Positions 9,641 to 19,209 of a stretch of 64,000 nt of DNA are shown here, piece after piece. This DNA is from Candidatus Methanomethylophilaceae archaeon (GTDB lineage Archaea > Thermoplasmatota > Thermoplasmata > Methanomassiliicoccales > Methanomethylophilaceae). Location of the stretch: contig JBMNQN010000001.1 in assembly GCA_050944155.1 (NCBI GenBank), positions 64,001-128,000 on the forward strand, read 5' to 3'. Every line of letters begins with the position of its first letter. The stretch's first letter is position 1. The notes below the pieces were generated by a model, which worked only from the letters and a program-made list of their open reading frames with translations, did not search any database and had not been told where the DNA came from. A program made the position numbers and the translations under genes.

Positions 9641-10192
9641 ATGACAATAGCAGGGATAATCGAAAGAACCATCGCCGTCCCCGAAGGAGTCTCCGTCACT
9701 CTTGACGGAACGACTCTTACGGTCAAAGGACCCAAGGGGGAACTGAGCAGAAACTTCGCACACCCCAGCGTAGCAGTCGCAGTCGCAGACGGCCATGCGG
9801 TCGTCAGCTGCGAGTACCCCAAGACCCAGGAGAAGGCGATGGTGGGAACCTTCGCCGCCCACATCAGGAACATGATCCACGGGGTCACCGAAGGGTACAC
9901 CTACGGAATGAAAGTGGTATACTCCCACTTTCCGATGAAAGTTACCGTCAAAGGCGACCAGGTCGAGATAGGAAACTATCTGGGAGGTCACGCAATGCGC
10001 TACGCGGATATCGTCCGCGGATGCAAGGTCAAAGTCAACGGTGCGGACATAACCATCGAGGGCATTGACATCGAGGCGTGCGGACAGACCGCGGCCAACA
10101 TCGAAAGGGCGACCCAGAGGCTCGGATTCGACAAAAGAACGTTCCAGGACGGAATATACATCGTCCACAGATCCCACAAGGTGAAAGAATGA
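9641..10192 (+). CDS. rpl6: 50S ribosomal protein L6
   Basis: VKGPKGEL, YSHFPM, GQTAANIE, FQDGIYI. Confidence 0.98.
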   Translation: MTIAGIIERTIAVPEGVSVTLDGTTLTVKGPKGELSRNFAHPSVAVAVADGHAVVSCEYPKTQEKAMVGTFAAHIRNMIHGVTEGYTYGMKVVYSHFPMKVTVKGDQVEIGNYLGGHAMRYADIVRGCKVKVNGADITIEGIDIEACGQTAANIERATQRLGFDKRTFQDGIYIVHRSHKVKE

Positions 10193-10860
10193 CCGTGAAG
10201 AATTTCAGCGACCTTCCGGGCTTCAAGGACGAAAACCTGGCAGAGCTCAAATCCATGGGCATCACCGACATCCAGGGACTCGCCGAAGCGCTTAACGACG
10301 AAGGCAAAATCAAAGAAGTAATCAAGAACCTTTCCGGAGTAGGCCCCAAGACCGCCGAAAAATGGAGAGGTCTTTTGGAAACGGCCGAAGCTCCCGCCAA
10401 GCCCGAAAAAGTTCCCGAAGCGGAAATCGTGGAGACGGAAGGAACGGACGTTTACGAGGTCAAGGCCAAACCCGAGCTTGACGAGGAAACCGCCGACGGT
10501 CTCGCCAAAAGGGCAATCATAAGCGGCCGCCGCCCCGCCTTCAAGAGGCAGGAGTGGTTCAGATACTCCAAGCTCGGAGAGAAATGGAGAAGGCCCAAGG
10601 GAAGACACTCCAAGATGAAGAGAAACAACAAACAGCGCCCGCCGGTCGTGGACGTAGGATTCCGCGGACCCGCCGCCGTAAGGGGACTCCACCCCTCGGG
10701 TTTCTCCGAAGTACTCGTCCACAACGTCGACGGGCTGGAGGACATCGACCCCAAGGTTCAGGCAATACGCATAAGCGGAACCGTCGGAACCAAAAAGAGA
10801 ATAGCAATCGAAGACAGAGCCGATGAACTGGGCATAAGAGTTCTCAACAGGATGGTGTGA
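10189..10860 (+). CDS. rpl32e: 50S ribosomal protein L32e with N-terminal helix-hairpin-helix-like extension
   Basis: C-terminal FKRQEW, WRRPKGRHSKM, RGLHPSG; N-terminal LPGFK and LSGVGPKTAEK HhH-like motifs. Confidence 0.95.
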   Translation: MTVKNFSDLPGFKDENLAELKSMGITDIQGLAEALNDEGKIKEVIKNLSGVGPKTAEKWRGLLETAEAPAKPEKVPEAEIVETEGTDVYEVKAKPELDEETADGLAKRAIISGRRPAFKRQEWFRYSKLGEKWRRPKGRHSKMKRNNKQRPPVVDVGFRGPAAVRGLHPSGFSEVLVHNVDGLEDIDPKVQAIRISGTVGTKKRIAIEDRADELGIRVLNRMV

Positions 10861-10862
10861 AC

Positions 10863-11324
10863 ATGTCCGATCTGAGAAACCAGAGAAGAATGGCATCCGA
10901 AATTCTCAAATGCGGAGAAAACAGGGTGTGGATGGACCCCGAAAGAATGGACGACATAGCCGACTGCATCACCCGCTCGGACATCCGCGTGGCGATAAAC
11001 GCCGGCATGATCAAAGCCAAAGCCAAAGAAGGTACTTCCAGGGGAAGAATCCGCTATGCCGCCGTCCAGAAGTCGTCGGGCAAGAGGAAAGGTCCCGGAA
11101 GCAGAGAGGGAACCGCCAACGCCAGGGTTAAGGACAAAGAACGCTGGATTGCCGTCATAAGACCGATCCGCGACGAACTCAAAACCCTGAGAGACGAAGG
11201 AAAAATCACCCCCTCCACTTACAGGCTGTTCTACAGGAGGGCCAAAGGAGGCCAGTACAGGTCCCGCAGGAACCTCAGGCAGCACATGATCAGCGGAGGA
11301 TACCTCAAGGAGGAGGAGAACTGA
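10863..11324 (+). CDS. rpl19e: 50S ribosomal protein L19e
   Basis: QRRMASEILKCGENRVW, KGPGSREG, YRRAKGG. Confidence 0.97.
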   Translation: MSDLRNQRRMASEILKCGENRVWMDPERMDDIADCITRSDIRVAINAGMIKAKAKEGTSRGRIRYAAVQKSSGKRKGPGSREGTANARVKDKERWIAVIRPIRDELKTLRDEGKITPSTYRLFYRRAKGGQYRSRRNLRQHMISGGYLKEEEN

Positions 11325-11824
11325 TGGCAACAGGACCCAGATACAGAGTGCCCTTCCGCAGAAGAAGGGAAGGACGTACCGATTACTACGTCCGCCGCAA
11401 ACTTCTCACCGGCCGCGAGGTAAGAGCGGTGCTCAGGCGTTCCAACAGAAACGTCAGCATCCAGTTCGCCGAGTTCGGTATGGAAGGAGACAGAATACTG
11501 GCCGCTGCCAGCACCAAGGACCTGCGCGCCATGGGATGGGAACACTCGTGTTCTTCCATTCCCGCGGCCTATCTCGCCGGATATCTGGCGGGTAAGAGAG
11601 CGGTTGCGCAGGGCATAGAATACGCCGTCCTCGACCTGGGAATGCAGAATCCCAGAGCCGGAGGCGTGCTCTTCGCCGCGGTCGCCGGAATGTGCGACGC
11701 AGGCATCGAGATTCCCCACGGGGAAGATGTTTTCCCCTCCGAGGACAGACTCAGGGGAGAACACATCGGAGACGGCCTCGGAAGCGCCGTCGACAGCATG
11801 AAAGAAAAAATGGAGGCTGAATGA
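11324..11824 (+). CDS. rpl18: 50S ribosomal protein L18
   Basis: GPRYRVPFRRRREGRTDY, PAAYLAG. Confidence 0.97.
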   Translation: MATGPRYRVPFRRRREGRTDYYVRRKLLTGREVRAVLRRSNRNVSIQFAEFGMEGDRILAAASTKDLRAMGWEHSCSSIPAAYLAGYLAGKRAVAQGIEYAVLDLGMQNPRAGGVLFAAVAGMCDAGIEIPHGEDVFPSEDRLRGEHIGDGLGSAVDSMKEKMEAE

Positions 11825-12504
11825 ATATGGTCGACTGGATTCCCAAAACAAGACTGGGCCAGATGGTCCTTAACGGGGAGATCACAACCATGAGCGACGC
11901 TCTGGCAACGAAACTGCCCCTCCGCGAAGCGGAAATCGTCGATATCCTGCTTCCCGACCTCAAAGACGAGGTCATCGACCTGAACATGGTTCAGAGGATG
12001 ACCGACTCGGGAAGGAGAGTAAGGTTCGCCGCCACCTGCATAGTCGGAAACGGCGACGGATTCGTAGGAATCGGAAGAGCCAAAGGAAAGGAAGTCGGAC
12101 CTTCCATCAAGAAGGCCATCGACAACGCGAAACTGAACCTCATCGAAATTAAAAGAGGATGCGGTTCCTGGGAGTGCGGATGCGGAACGCCCCACACTCT
12201 GCCTTTCGAGATATCCGGTTCCACCGGTTCCGTTTCCGTGTTCATCAAACCCGCTCCCCGCGGCATCGGACTCGCGGTGGGCGACGTTGCGAAGAGCCTT
12301 TTGGTGATGGCAGGAATAAAGGACGCGTGGGGATTCGCCCGCGGAAACACCAAAACCAAGGTCAACTACGCCATGGCGACCTTCGAAGCCCTCAGAATGA
12401 CCGCTTCGATGAGAGTCACCGACGAACAGGCGGAAAAACTGAACATCGTTTCCGGACCGGTGGGTCTCGCCGAGGCCGAAAGCGGATTTACGGAGGAGGA
12501 GTGA
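11821..12504 (+). CDS. rps5: 30S ribosomal protein S5
   Basis: WIPKTRLG, VQRMTDSGRR, RGCGSWECGC, PAPRGIGL. Confidence 0.98.
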   Translation: MNMVDWIPKTRLGQMVLNGEITTMSDALATKLPLREAEIVDILLPDLKDEVIDLNMVQRMTDSGRRVRFAATCIVGNGDGFVGIGRAKGKEVGPSIKKAIDNAKLNLIEIKRGCGSWECGCGTPHTLPFEISGSTGSVSVFIKPAPRGIGLAVGDVAKSLLVMAGIKDAWGFARGNTKTKVNYAMATFEALRMTASMRVTDEQAEKLNIVSGPVGLAEAESGFTEEE

Positions 12505-12505
12505 A

Positions 12506-12970
12506 ATGGCATACGCCGTTATCAGAGTCCGCGGACAGCCCGACGTTAATCACGACATAAAGCACACCATGATGCTGCTGGGACTCAACAAAGTGAACCA
12601 CTGCGCCATAGTTCCCCAGAACGATTCCACCGAAGGAATGCTGCAGAAAATCAAGGATTACTGCACCTGGGGCGAAGTGGACGCGGAAACGCTGACCGAA
12701 ATGATCTCCCGTCGCGGAAAAACCGAGGGAGGAGGGGATTTGGACGACGAGTTTCTCAAGGCCAACTCCCAGTTCGCCAGCGCCGCCGAACTCGCGGAAG
12801 CGATACTGAACAACGACTGCAGACTCAGGGACGTGGACGGCGCAAAGCCGCTGTTCCGCCTGCATCCGCCGGTAAAAGGTTACGAGGGGATCAAACGTCC
12901 CTTCTCGACCGGAGGAGCCCTCGGATACAGAGGCGCGGAAATAAACGCCCTGATCAAGAGAATGCTGTGA
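12506..12970 (+). CDS. rpl30: 50S ribosomal protein L30
   Basis: YAVIRVRG, TWGE, FRLHPP, GALGYRG. Confidence 0.97.
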   Translation: MAYAVIRVRGQPDVNHDIKHTMMLLGLNKVNHCAIVPQNDSTEGMLQKIKDYCTWGEVDAETLTEMISRRGKTEGGGDLDDEFLKANSQFASAAELAEAILNNDCRLRDVDGAKPLFRLHPPVKGYEGIKRPFSTGGALGYRGAEINALIKRML

Positions 12971-12979
12971 GGGATAAAG

Positions 12980-13402
12980 ATGCCAAGCAGAACCAAAAAG
13001 ATGAGAGGATCCAGAACCCACGGCCGCGGTAAGAAAGCCGGACGCGGAGCAGGTCTCATTGGAGGCCGCGGAAGGGCGGGACTGAGCAAGACCGGAAAGA
13101 TCTACATGTTCAAACACGAACCCCAGCTCCTCGGAAGGTACGGATTCAAGAGGCCCATGTGTCTCAGCGTTTCCGATTTCACCATAAACGTGGCCGAACT
13201 CCAGGAGCGTATGGACGATTTCATCGCAAAAGGATTTGCCACCAAAGACGGTGATTCCTACTCGGTGAACCTTACCGAAGCGGGCTACGACAAGCTTCTC
13301 GGCAACGGGAATATTGATGTAGCAGTGAAGGTTACGGTAGCACGTTCGTCGGAAAAAGCTCGCATAAAGATCGAAGCTTCGGGCGGCAGTATTTCCGAGT
13401 GA
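12980..13402 (+). CDS. rpl15: 50S ribosomal protein L15
   Basis: RGSRTHGRG, GGRGRAG, KLLGNG, KIEASGG. Confidence 0.97.
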   Translation: MPSRTKKMRGSRTHGRGKKAGRGAGLIGGRGRAGLSKTGKIYMFKHEPQLLGRYGFKRPMCLSVSDFTINVAELQERMDDFIAKGFATKDGDSYSVNLTEAGYDKLLGNGNIDVAVKVTVARSSEKARIKIEASGGSISE

Positions 13403-13421
13403 AGTCCGAGAGGAATAACGG

Positions 13422-14957
13422 ATGGAAGACAGACCGAGCCTACTGTACAAGGTAAAGCCGGTGGCTGACAGGCTGCCGTCCGTACAGCGTCCGGAGGGAC
13501 ATGTACATTTCAGAACGAAGATGATGTGGGTCATCGTCGTTCTGGTGCTTTACTTCGTGATGACCAACGTGTACGTGTACGGACTGGACCAGGGCAAAAC
13601 CCTGGACCTGTTCGCGCAGTACAGAACAATAATGGCCGGAGCATCCGGTACCATTCTTCAGTTGGGTATAGGCCCCATAGTCACCGCTTCCATCATAATG
13701 CAGCTTTTCGTCGGAGCCAAGATAATCAAACTGGATCTGACGAAAAAAGACGACAAAGCATGCTACCAATCGGTCCTCAAGCTTCTCGTAATAGTCATGA
13801 TAATCGTGGAGGCCACCCCCCAGGTGTTCGGTTACCTGGTGCCCTCTTCAGGACTTATCGAGAAAACGAGCGCGGGATGGGCCAAAGTCATAATCATAGC
13901 GCAGCTCTGCGTCGGTTCGTACATCGTATTTCTTATGGACGAGCTGGTTTCCAAATGGGGAATAGGCAGCGGTATCTCGCTGTTCATAGCCGCGGGAGTT
14001 GCGGAATCCCTGTTCACGGGAGCCCTTAACTGGAATCCCGTGTCGGAGAGCGCGGCGGTAAGCCTCAACAATCCTCCGGCGGGAACCATTCCCAAAGCGA
14101 TATACATACTGATGAACACCAACTCGGCCGAAATGTCGGCCTGGGGTTACGAAGCCATATTCCTGGGCGAGCCCAACTCGATGGTGGCGCTGATATGTAC
14201 GCTGATAGTGTTCTTCGTGGTGGCCTATCTGGAGTCCACGAGAATCGAACTGCCGCTGTCCCACGGAAGTGCCAGAGGCGCCAGGGGACGCTACCCCATC
14301 AAGCTGCTCTACGCAAGCAACATTCCGGTCATACTCATGTCGGCGCTGCTTGCGAACGTAAGCATGTTCGCACTGCTCTTCTATACCAACGATTTCCTGA
14401 GCGGAGTTCCCCTTCTGGGACACAACGATCTGCTGGGTTACTTCGAAGAAGGGTCGACTTCCGCAACCGGAGGTCTTGCCTGGTATCTGTCGGCGCCGAC
14501 GGGACTGTCTTCCTGGCTGTTGCCGATGATCAACCCTGCAGCCTACGGAAACGGCCACGGAATAATATCCAACCTGTGCCACGTGGCCATCTATGCGTCG
14601 ATAATGATTGCGGGTTCGATTTTATTCGCCAAATTCTGGGTACAGACCACCAATCTGGGTTCGGAGGCGGTCGCAAATCAGATTCAGAAGAGCGGTATGC
14701 AGATTCCCGGTTTCCGTAAGGATCCCAGAGTTCTGAAGAGGGTTCTGGACAGATACATACCCACGATTACCGTGCTTTCGGGTGCACTGGTCGGTGCCCT
14801 TGCGGCTTTCGCCGACATGCTGGGTACCACCGGAAACGCCAGCGGTACGGGTGTGCTTCTTACGGTAGGAATCATAATAAAGCTTTACGAAGCCATAGGG
14901 CGTGAACAGATGATGGAAATGAACCCCATGCTGAGAGGCTTCTTCGGAGGCGAGTGA
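13422..14957 (+). CDS. secY: Preprotein translocase subunit SecY
   Basis: LGIGPIVTASII, SKWGIGSGISLFI, LYASNIPVIL, QIPGFR; ~10 hydrophobic segments. Confidence 0.98.
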   Translation: MEDRPSLLYKVKPVADRLPSVQRPEGHVHFRTKMMWVIVVLVLYFVMTNVYVYGLDQGKTLDLFAQYRTIMAGASGTILQLGIGPIVTASIIMQLFVGAKIIKLDLTKKDDKACYQSVLKLLVIVMIIVEATPQVFGYLVPSSGLIEKTSAGWAKVIIIAQLCVGSYIVFLMDELVSKWGIGSGISLFIAAGVAESLFTGALNWNPVSESAAVSLNNPPAGTIPKAIYILMNTNSAEMSAWGYEAIFLGEPNSMVALICTLIVFFVVAYLESTRIELPLSHGSARGARGRYPIKLLYASNIPVILMSALLANVSMFALLFYTNDFLSGVPLLGHNDLLGYFEEGSTSATGGLAWYLSAPTGLSSWLLPMINPAAYGNGHGIISNLCHVAIYASIMIAGSILFAKFWVQTTNLGSEAVANQIQKSGMQIPGFRKDPRVLKRVLDRYIPTITVLSGALVGALAAFADMLGTTGNASGTGVLLTVGIIIKLYEAIGREQMMEMNPMLRGFFGGE

Positions 14958-14958
14958 A

Positions 14959-15642
14959 ATGGCTAATCCCGGAAGTCCCGATTCTATGAAAAATTCGATG
15001 GAAGGCATGCCTCCCATGTCCAAGACCACGCTGCTGGGTATGCTGTTTACCCTGGGACTGATGTTTGTTCTCCTGAGATTCAGGGCAGAAGTGGGAAAGT
15101 ATCTGAACTATGTGTTCCAATACGTCGATTTCGGGGGATTGTACCCCGTCACCACGCTGATACTTATGGGTCTCATAATGACGTCGCTCAGCAGTATCAT
15201 AAGATCTCTCCTGACGGATCCTCTTAAAATGGCGAGATCCCAGCACATTCAGAAGGAGTTCAACGCCGAGATGAGGAAGGCCAGGATGGAAAACAACCTG
15301 TACAAGCTCAAGAAGCTGGGAGAACAGCAGCCTCAGATGATGGCAGCTTCCATGGAGTCTAGCCAGGATCAGATGAAAATCATGCCGCTGACGATGGTAA
15401 TCGTCATACCCATTTACACGTGGGTCTGGTACTTCATAGAAAACACTGCGGTATCGACGATCATCAACGTCCCCTGGGCAGTCGTCAATCTTACCCAGTC
15501 CTTCGTACTCCCCGTATGGATTCTGATATACACTCTGATAAGCATACCCATCGGACAGCTGATCAACAAAATCATAAGATATCTCCTGCTGAGCAGACGC
15601 TTGGCGGAATTGGACGCCGAAGAGCGGCAGGCAACGGTCTGA
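14959..15642 (+). CDS. DUF106 / EMC3-TMCO1 family (Oxa1 superfamily) membrane protein
   Basis: TM, then coiled coil (QKEFNAEMRKARMENN), MKIMPLTMVIVIPI, then TM; conserved position after secY. Confidence 0.88.
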   Translation: MANPGSPDSMKNSMEGMPPMSKTTLLGMLFTLGLMFVLLRFRAEVGKYLNYVFQYVDFGGLYPVTTLILMGLIMTSLSSIIRSLLTDPLKMARSQHIQKEFNAEMRKARMENNLYKLKKLGEQQPQMMAASMESSQDQMKIMPLTMVIVIPIYTWVWYFIENTAVSTIINVPWAVVNLTQSFVLPVWILIYTLISIPIGQLINKIIRYLLLSRRLAELDAEERQATV

Positions 15643-16181
15643 TGAGAATTACCATCAGCGGTCCTCCCGGTTCCGGCAAGACCACCGCATGCAGAAACCT
15701 TTCCGAAGCTTTGGGATACGAAGCCGTGGTTTTCGGCAGTCTGTTCAGGCAGAAGGCGGCGGATATGAACATATCTGTTGCCGAACTTGGAAAGATGGCG
15801 GAACAGAATCCGGAGATAGACAGGGAAATAGACTCTGAAATTCTCAGAATAGCCGAGTCCAACGAAGACATTATTCTGGAATCGAGACTTTCCGCCTATC
15901 TCACCAAAAGAAACGGAATCGATGCTTTCAGAATACTCATCCGCGCAAGTCCCGAGGTGCGGGCGGAGCGCATATGCGGCAGGGAATCCTGCGGTTACGA
16001 TACCGCATGCACGGAAACCGCCGAACGCGAGAAATCGGAAGCCAAACGGTACATGAAATATTACGGCATAGATTTGGGGGATCTGAGCGTTTACGATCTG
16101 ATTGTCGATACCGACAATCTCGCTCCGGAACAGGTTACCGCCGTAATTCTCGGAGCTATAAATGACAGAATGGCTGGTTAA
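15642..16181 (+). CDS. cmk: Cytidylate kinase (archaeal type)
   Basis: MRITISGPPGSGKTT P-loop, ILESRLS, RYMKYYGID. Confidence 0.93.
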   Translation: MRITISGPPGSGKTTACRNLSEALGYEAVVFGSLFRQKAADMNISVAELGKMAEQNPEIDREIDSEILRIAESNEDIILESRLSAYLTKRNGIDAFRILIRASPEVRAERICGRESCGYDTACTETAEREKSEAKRYMKYYGIDLGDLSVYDLIVDTDNLAPEQVTAVILGAINDRMAG

Positions 16182-17139
16182 AGACCCGGACACCCTTCAG
16201 GACAGATGGGGTAAAAGACCGTCGGACCGTACCACAGGGGAACTTTTGGAAGCGGGAGTAATAGTTCTGGACAAACCCCGCGGCCCCACTTCCCACCAGG
16301 CGGCCGCATGGGCCAGAGACGCTCTTCATACCGAAAGAATAAGCCACGGAGGGACTCTCGACCCGAAAGTCAGCGGTGTCCTTCCCGTAGTCACGGGAAA
16401 GGCGGTGCGTCTGACGGACGTTCTTCTTTCCTCGGACAAGGAATACGTATGTTCGATGAGGCTCCACGGAGACAGGGACGGTAAGGAAATAAGGAAAGTG
16501 TTTTCCGGGTTCGAAGGTACGATACGGCAGACGCCTCCGGCGCGTTCTTCGGTAAAAAGAAAGCCCAGGACGCGCACCGTAAAGGAATTGGAAATATTGG
16601 AAATCGAAGGCAGGGACGTTCTTTTCAGAGTATCCTGCGATGCCGGGACCTACATACGCACTCTCTGTACGGATATCGGAGATGCGCTGGGATGCGGCGC
16701 AAATATGGCGGAACTGCGGCGCACCCGTTCGGGAAGAATGACCGAAAAAGACGCGGTAAGTCTTCAGGACCTGAGGGACGCATACATGTTCTGGCAGGAA
16801 AAAGGAAGGGAAAACTGGCTGCGCAGTATGGTGAAACCCGTCGAGTATCTTACCGAACCGCTTCCGAAAATAGTAGTCAAGCCGACTGCGGTCGATGCGG
16901 TCTGCCACGGCGCGGATCTGACCGTTTCGGGAATCCATAAACTGGAAAAGGGAATCAGAAGAAACTCCGTCGCTGCGATGGTCACCGCAAGAGGCGAACT
17001 GATCGGAATAGGAAAGACGATTATGTCTTCTCCGAAAATCATGGCTTCGGAAAAGGGCACGGCGGTGAAAACCGAAAGGGTAATTATGGAACCGGGACAT
17101 TATCCCAAGATGTGGAAATTCTCTACGGATTTACACTGA
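16162..17139 (+). CDS. cbf5: H/ACA RNA-guided pseudouridine synthase Cbf5
   Basis: LDKPRGPTSHQ, HGGTLDPKVSG, GTYIRTLC, C-terminal PUA domain. Confidence 0.96.
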   Translation: MTEWLVKDPDTLQDRWGKRPSDRTTGELLEAGVIVLDKPRGPTSHQAAAWARDALHTERISHGGTLDPKVSGVLPVVTGKAVRLTDVLLSSDKEYVCSMRLHGDRDGKEIRKVFSGFEGTIRQTPPARSSVKRKPRTRTVKELEILEIEGRDVLFRVSCDAGTYIRTLCTDIGDALGCGANMAELRRTRSGRMTEKDAVSLQDLRDAYMFWQEKGRENWLRSMVKPVEYLTEPLPKIVVKPTAVDAVCHGADLTVSGIHKLEKGIRRNSVAAMVTARGELIGIGKTIMSSPKIMASEKGTAVKTERVIMEPGHYPKMWKFSTDLH

Positions 17140-17186
17140 GAACCCAAAATCTAATAACGACCAACGGTTAAGGTCAGAGAGATAAA

Positions 17187-17525
17187 ATGGCATTGTTTTC
17201 CGGAAAAAAGACCGTGTTCGGACCCGAGGTTATTTCGGTGGGAGAATTCGATCCCGAAGCCGATGGAGGGTACAGGAACGTAATCTGCACCCGGATCGAA
17301 GTAAAACCCAAACGTCATCTTTTCGTAAAAGTGAAGTCGGATTTCCCGGTGGACCTGGCTGTGCTGAATCAGCGCGGACAGCCCATAGGTCACAAAGACG
17401 GAGTGACCGATTACACCCTGGGACCGATTTCCACCGAGGACTGGACGGAAATGGGATTCATTCTGGGTCTGTTCAGAGGGGACAAGGCTAAGGCGGAAGT
17501 CGAAGCCTGGATGGAGAGGAAATGA
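17187..17525 (+). CDS. Hypothetical protein (beta-rich, 112 aa)
   Basis: Host-like codon usage; ATGA overlap with the next gene. Confidence 0.65.
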   Translation: MALFSGKKTVFGPEVISVGEFDPEADGGYRNVICTRIEVKPKRHLFVKVKSDFPVDLAVLNQRGQPIGHKDGVTDYTLGPISTEDWTEMGFILGLFRGDKAKAEVEAWMERK

Positions 17526-18661
17526 AACACAAACTGGAGAAGGGGAACAAAGGAGCGTTTTGGTCCACCAGAATGTCGTCCGAACTGAGTCTCGTCAGGA
17601 AGTCCGACAGGAACATCGTTCTTCTAACCGTCATATCTCTCATTCCGTGCATCATTGCTTATTATTTTCTTTCGGAGACGGGAAAGTACGGTACGTACGA
17701 TCTGATTCCGATTCTGACTATGCCTCTGTTCTTCGCCGGAGTTCTGGTGTACGTGGGACAGAAGAGATGGAAGCAGTTTCTCGTAATATTGGTGATAACC
17801 GCGGTTCTGGCCGTACTTTGGTATCTGGAATATGTGGACATTTCCGTAACGGTTCTGTTTTTCGTTATGTTCATACTCATAGGAGCCACGGGAGTGGTTT
17901 TCCTCGCCGAAGCGATTCAGAGGGCAATATTCTACCGGGTCGTGCATTCCATCGAGTACATGAACGTGAAGAAAAAACTGTCTCTCTGGGACAAGTCGGT
18001 CGCCTTCTTGTTCAACGTACCCGACGACCTGGATACGCGCAACATAACCATGAATTACAATCTGCAGAGAACGTCCATACCCTGGAAGGAAATGATGCAG
18101 ACGATAATGACCGCTCTGATGCTGGGTATGTTCATTTGGATTTACGTTTCCATGAATCCGTCCTTCATGCAGACGAAAATCATAGACTCGATACCGGTCT
18201 TTATGTTCTCTCTGATTCTGATCATACCCCTCTTAGTTCTTCCGCTGACGATATTCAAATCTCTGGACGTGAGGGTGGAAACCAATTACCGTGCGTTCCG
18301 CATTCACAACGGGGCCATGGAAACCCTGAAGAGAATGGCCCTGCCCATAATGGCAGCGCTGTTTTTCGTTCTTCTGGCTATTAACAAATCCGACCCGCTC
18401 AGAGTGCTGACGTTCATAGGGATATCCGCGTTGGCCATAATTTTCGTCGTGGGATACACCTGCATATTCTTCTACACAACCAACGAAAGGGAAATCGTTT
18501 CCGATATCGTGGCCAAGTGGAAGATATTCCGTCCCGTTCCGATTTTCGCCGGATTGGAGGAGGAAAGGGGAAAACAAGCTCCCGCTATGGACGGACTGCC
18601 GGGAACCCCGGTAAGAGACAGAACCGATTTCGGAGAGCTGATTTTACCGCCGTTAAGGTAA
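17522..18661 (+). CDS. Hypothetical multi-pass membrane protein
   Basis: ~8 hydrophobic segments in two blocks of four separated by a soluble loop. Confidence 0.8.
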   Translation: MKHKLEKGNKGAFWSTRMSSELSLVRKSDRNIVLLTVISLIPCIIAYYFLSETGKYGTYDLIPILTMPLFFAGVLVYVGQKRWKQFLVILVITAVLAVLWYLEYVDISVTVLFFVMFILIGATGVVFLAEAIQRAIFYRVVHSIEYMNVKKKLSLWDKSVAFLFNVPDDLDTRNITMNYNLQRTSIPWKEMMQTIMTALMLGMFIWIYVSMNPSFMQTKIIDSIPVFMFSLILIIPLLVLPLTIFKSLDVRVETNYRAFRIHNGAMETLKRMALPIMAALFFVLLAINKSDPLRVLTFIGISALAIIFVVGYTCIFFYTTNEREIVSDIVAKWKIFRPVPIFAGLEEERGKQAPAMDGLPGTPVRDRTDFGELILPPLR

Positions 18662-19093
18662 TCAGAGGAATTTCGGGTTGGCCCTTCCCGGAGACGAAAG
18701 GGATTCGAAAATCGGTATGAAAACCTGACCGGAACTGTACCCTTCGGTTTTGTTCAGACCAATGAGTTCGGGTTCTTTCTGATTGGTTATTATGATTTTG
18801 TATCTCTGTTCGACGTTGTCGGCGGTTATGAACGGGGCTTCGTACGCGGTCGCAATTTCAAGAGCAACTTCGGCGGCGTCCTGGATTTCTTCGGGAGTCA
18901 TGCTGTCCGGCACGGTCACTATGAAAGAGCATTCTTCGGTTTCTCCGTTGATCATGAAACTGATTTCGGATTCGCTGATGCATTTTCTGAAGAATTCGGC
19001 CTTTTCGCCGTCTCCGGCCGATTCGCACATTTTTTCCGCAAAAACACTCGGAATGTCCAAATAAATCGCTTCTTTACCGAGAATTTTCCACAT
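18662..19093 (-). CDS. Hypothetical acidic protein
   Basis: 143-codon ORF from ATG at 19093 (MWKILGKEAIY...), filling the gap divergent from trpS. Confidence 0.6.
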   Translation of the reverse strand: MWKILGKEAIYLDIPSVFAEKMCESAGDGEKAEFFRKCISESEISFMINGETEECSFIVTVPDSMTPEEIQDAAEVALEIATAYEAPFITADNVEQRYKIIITNQKEPELIGLNKTEGYSSGQVFIPIFESLSSPGRANPKFL

Positions 19094-19209
19094 GATATCC
19101 GATTCGCAAACATATAGATAAGAGGTTCGTTTCCGTTGGTCTGGAAAAATATTCCCGCGGCATGACGGAAAGATTAAAACCGTTGTGATGGGTGAAGGTT
19201 GCGTTCGCA

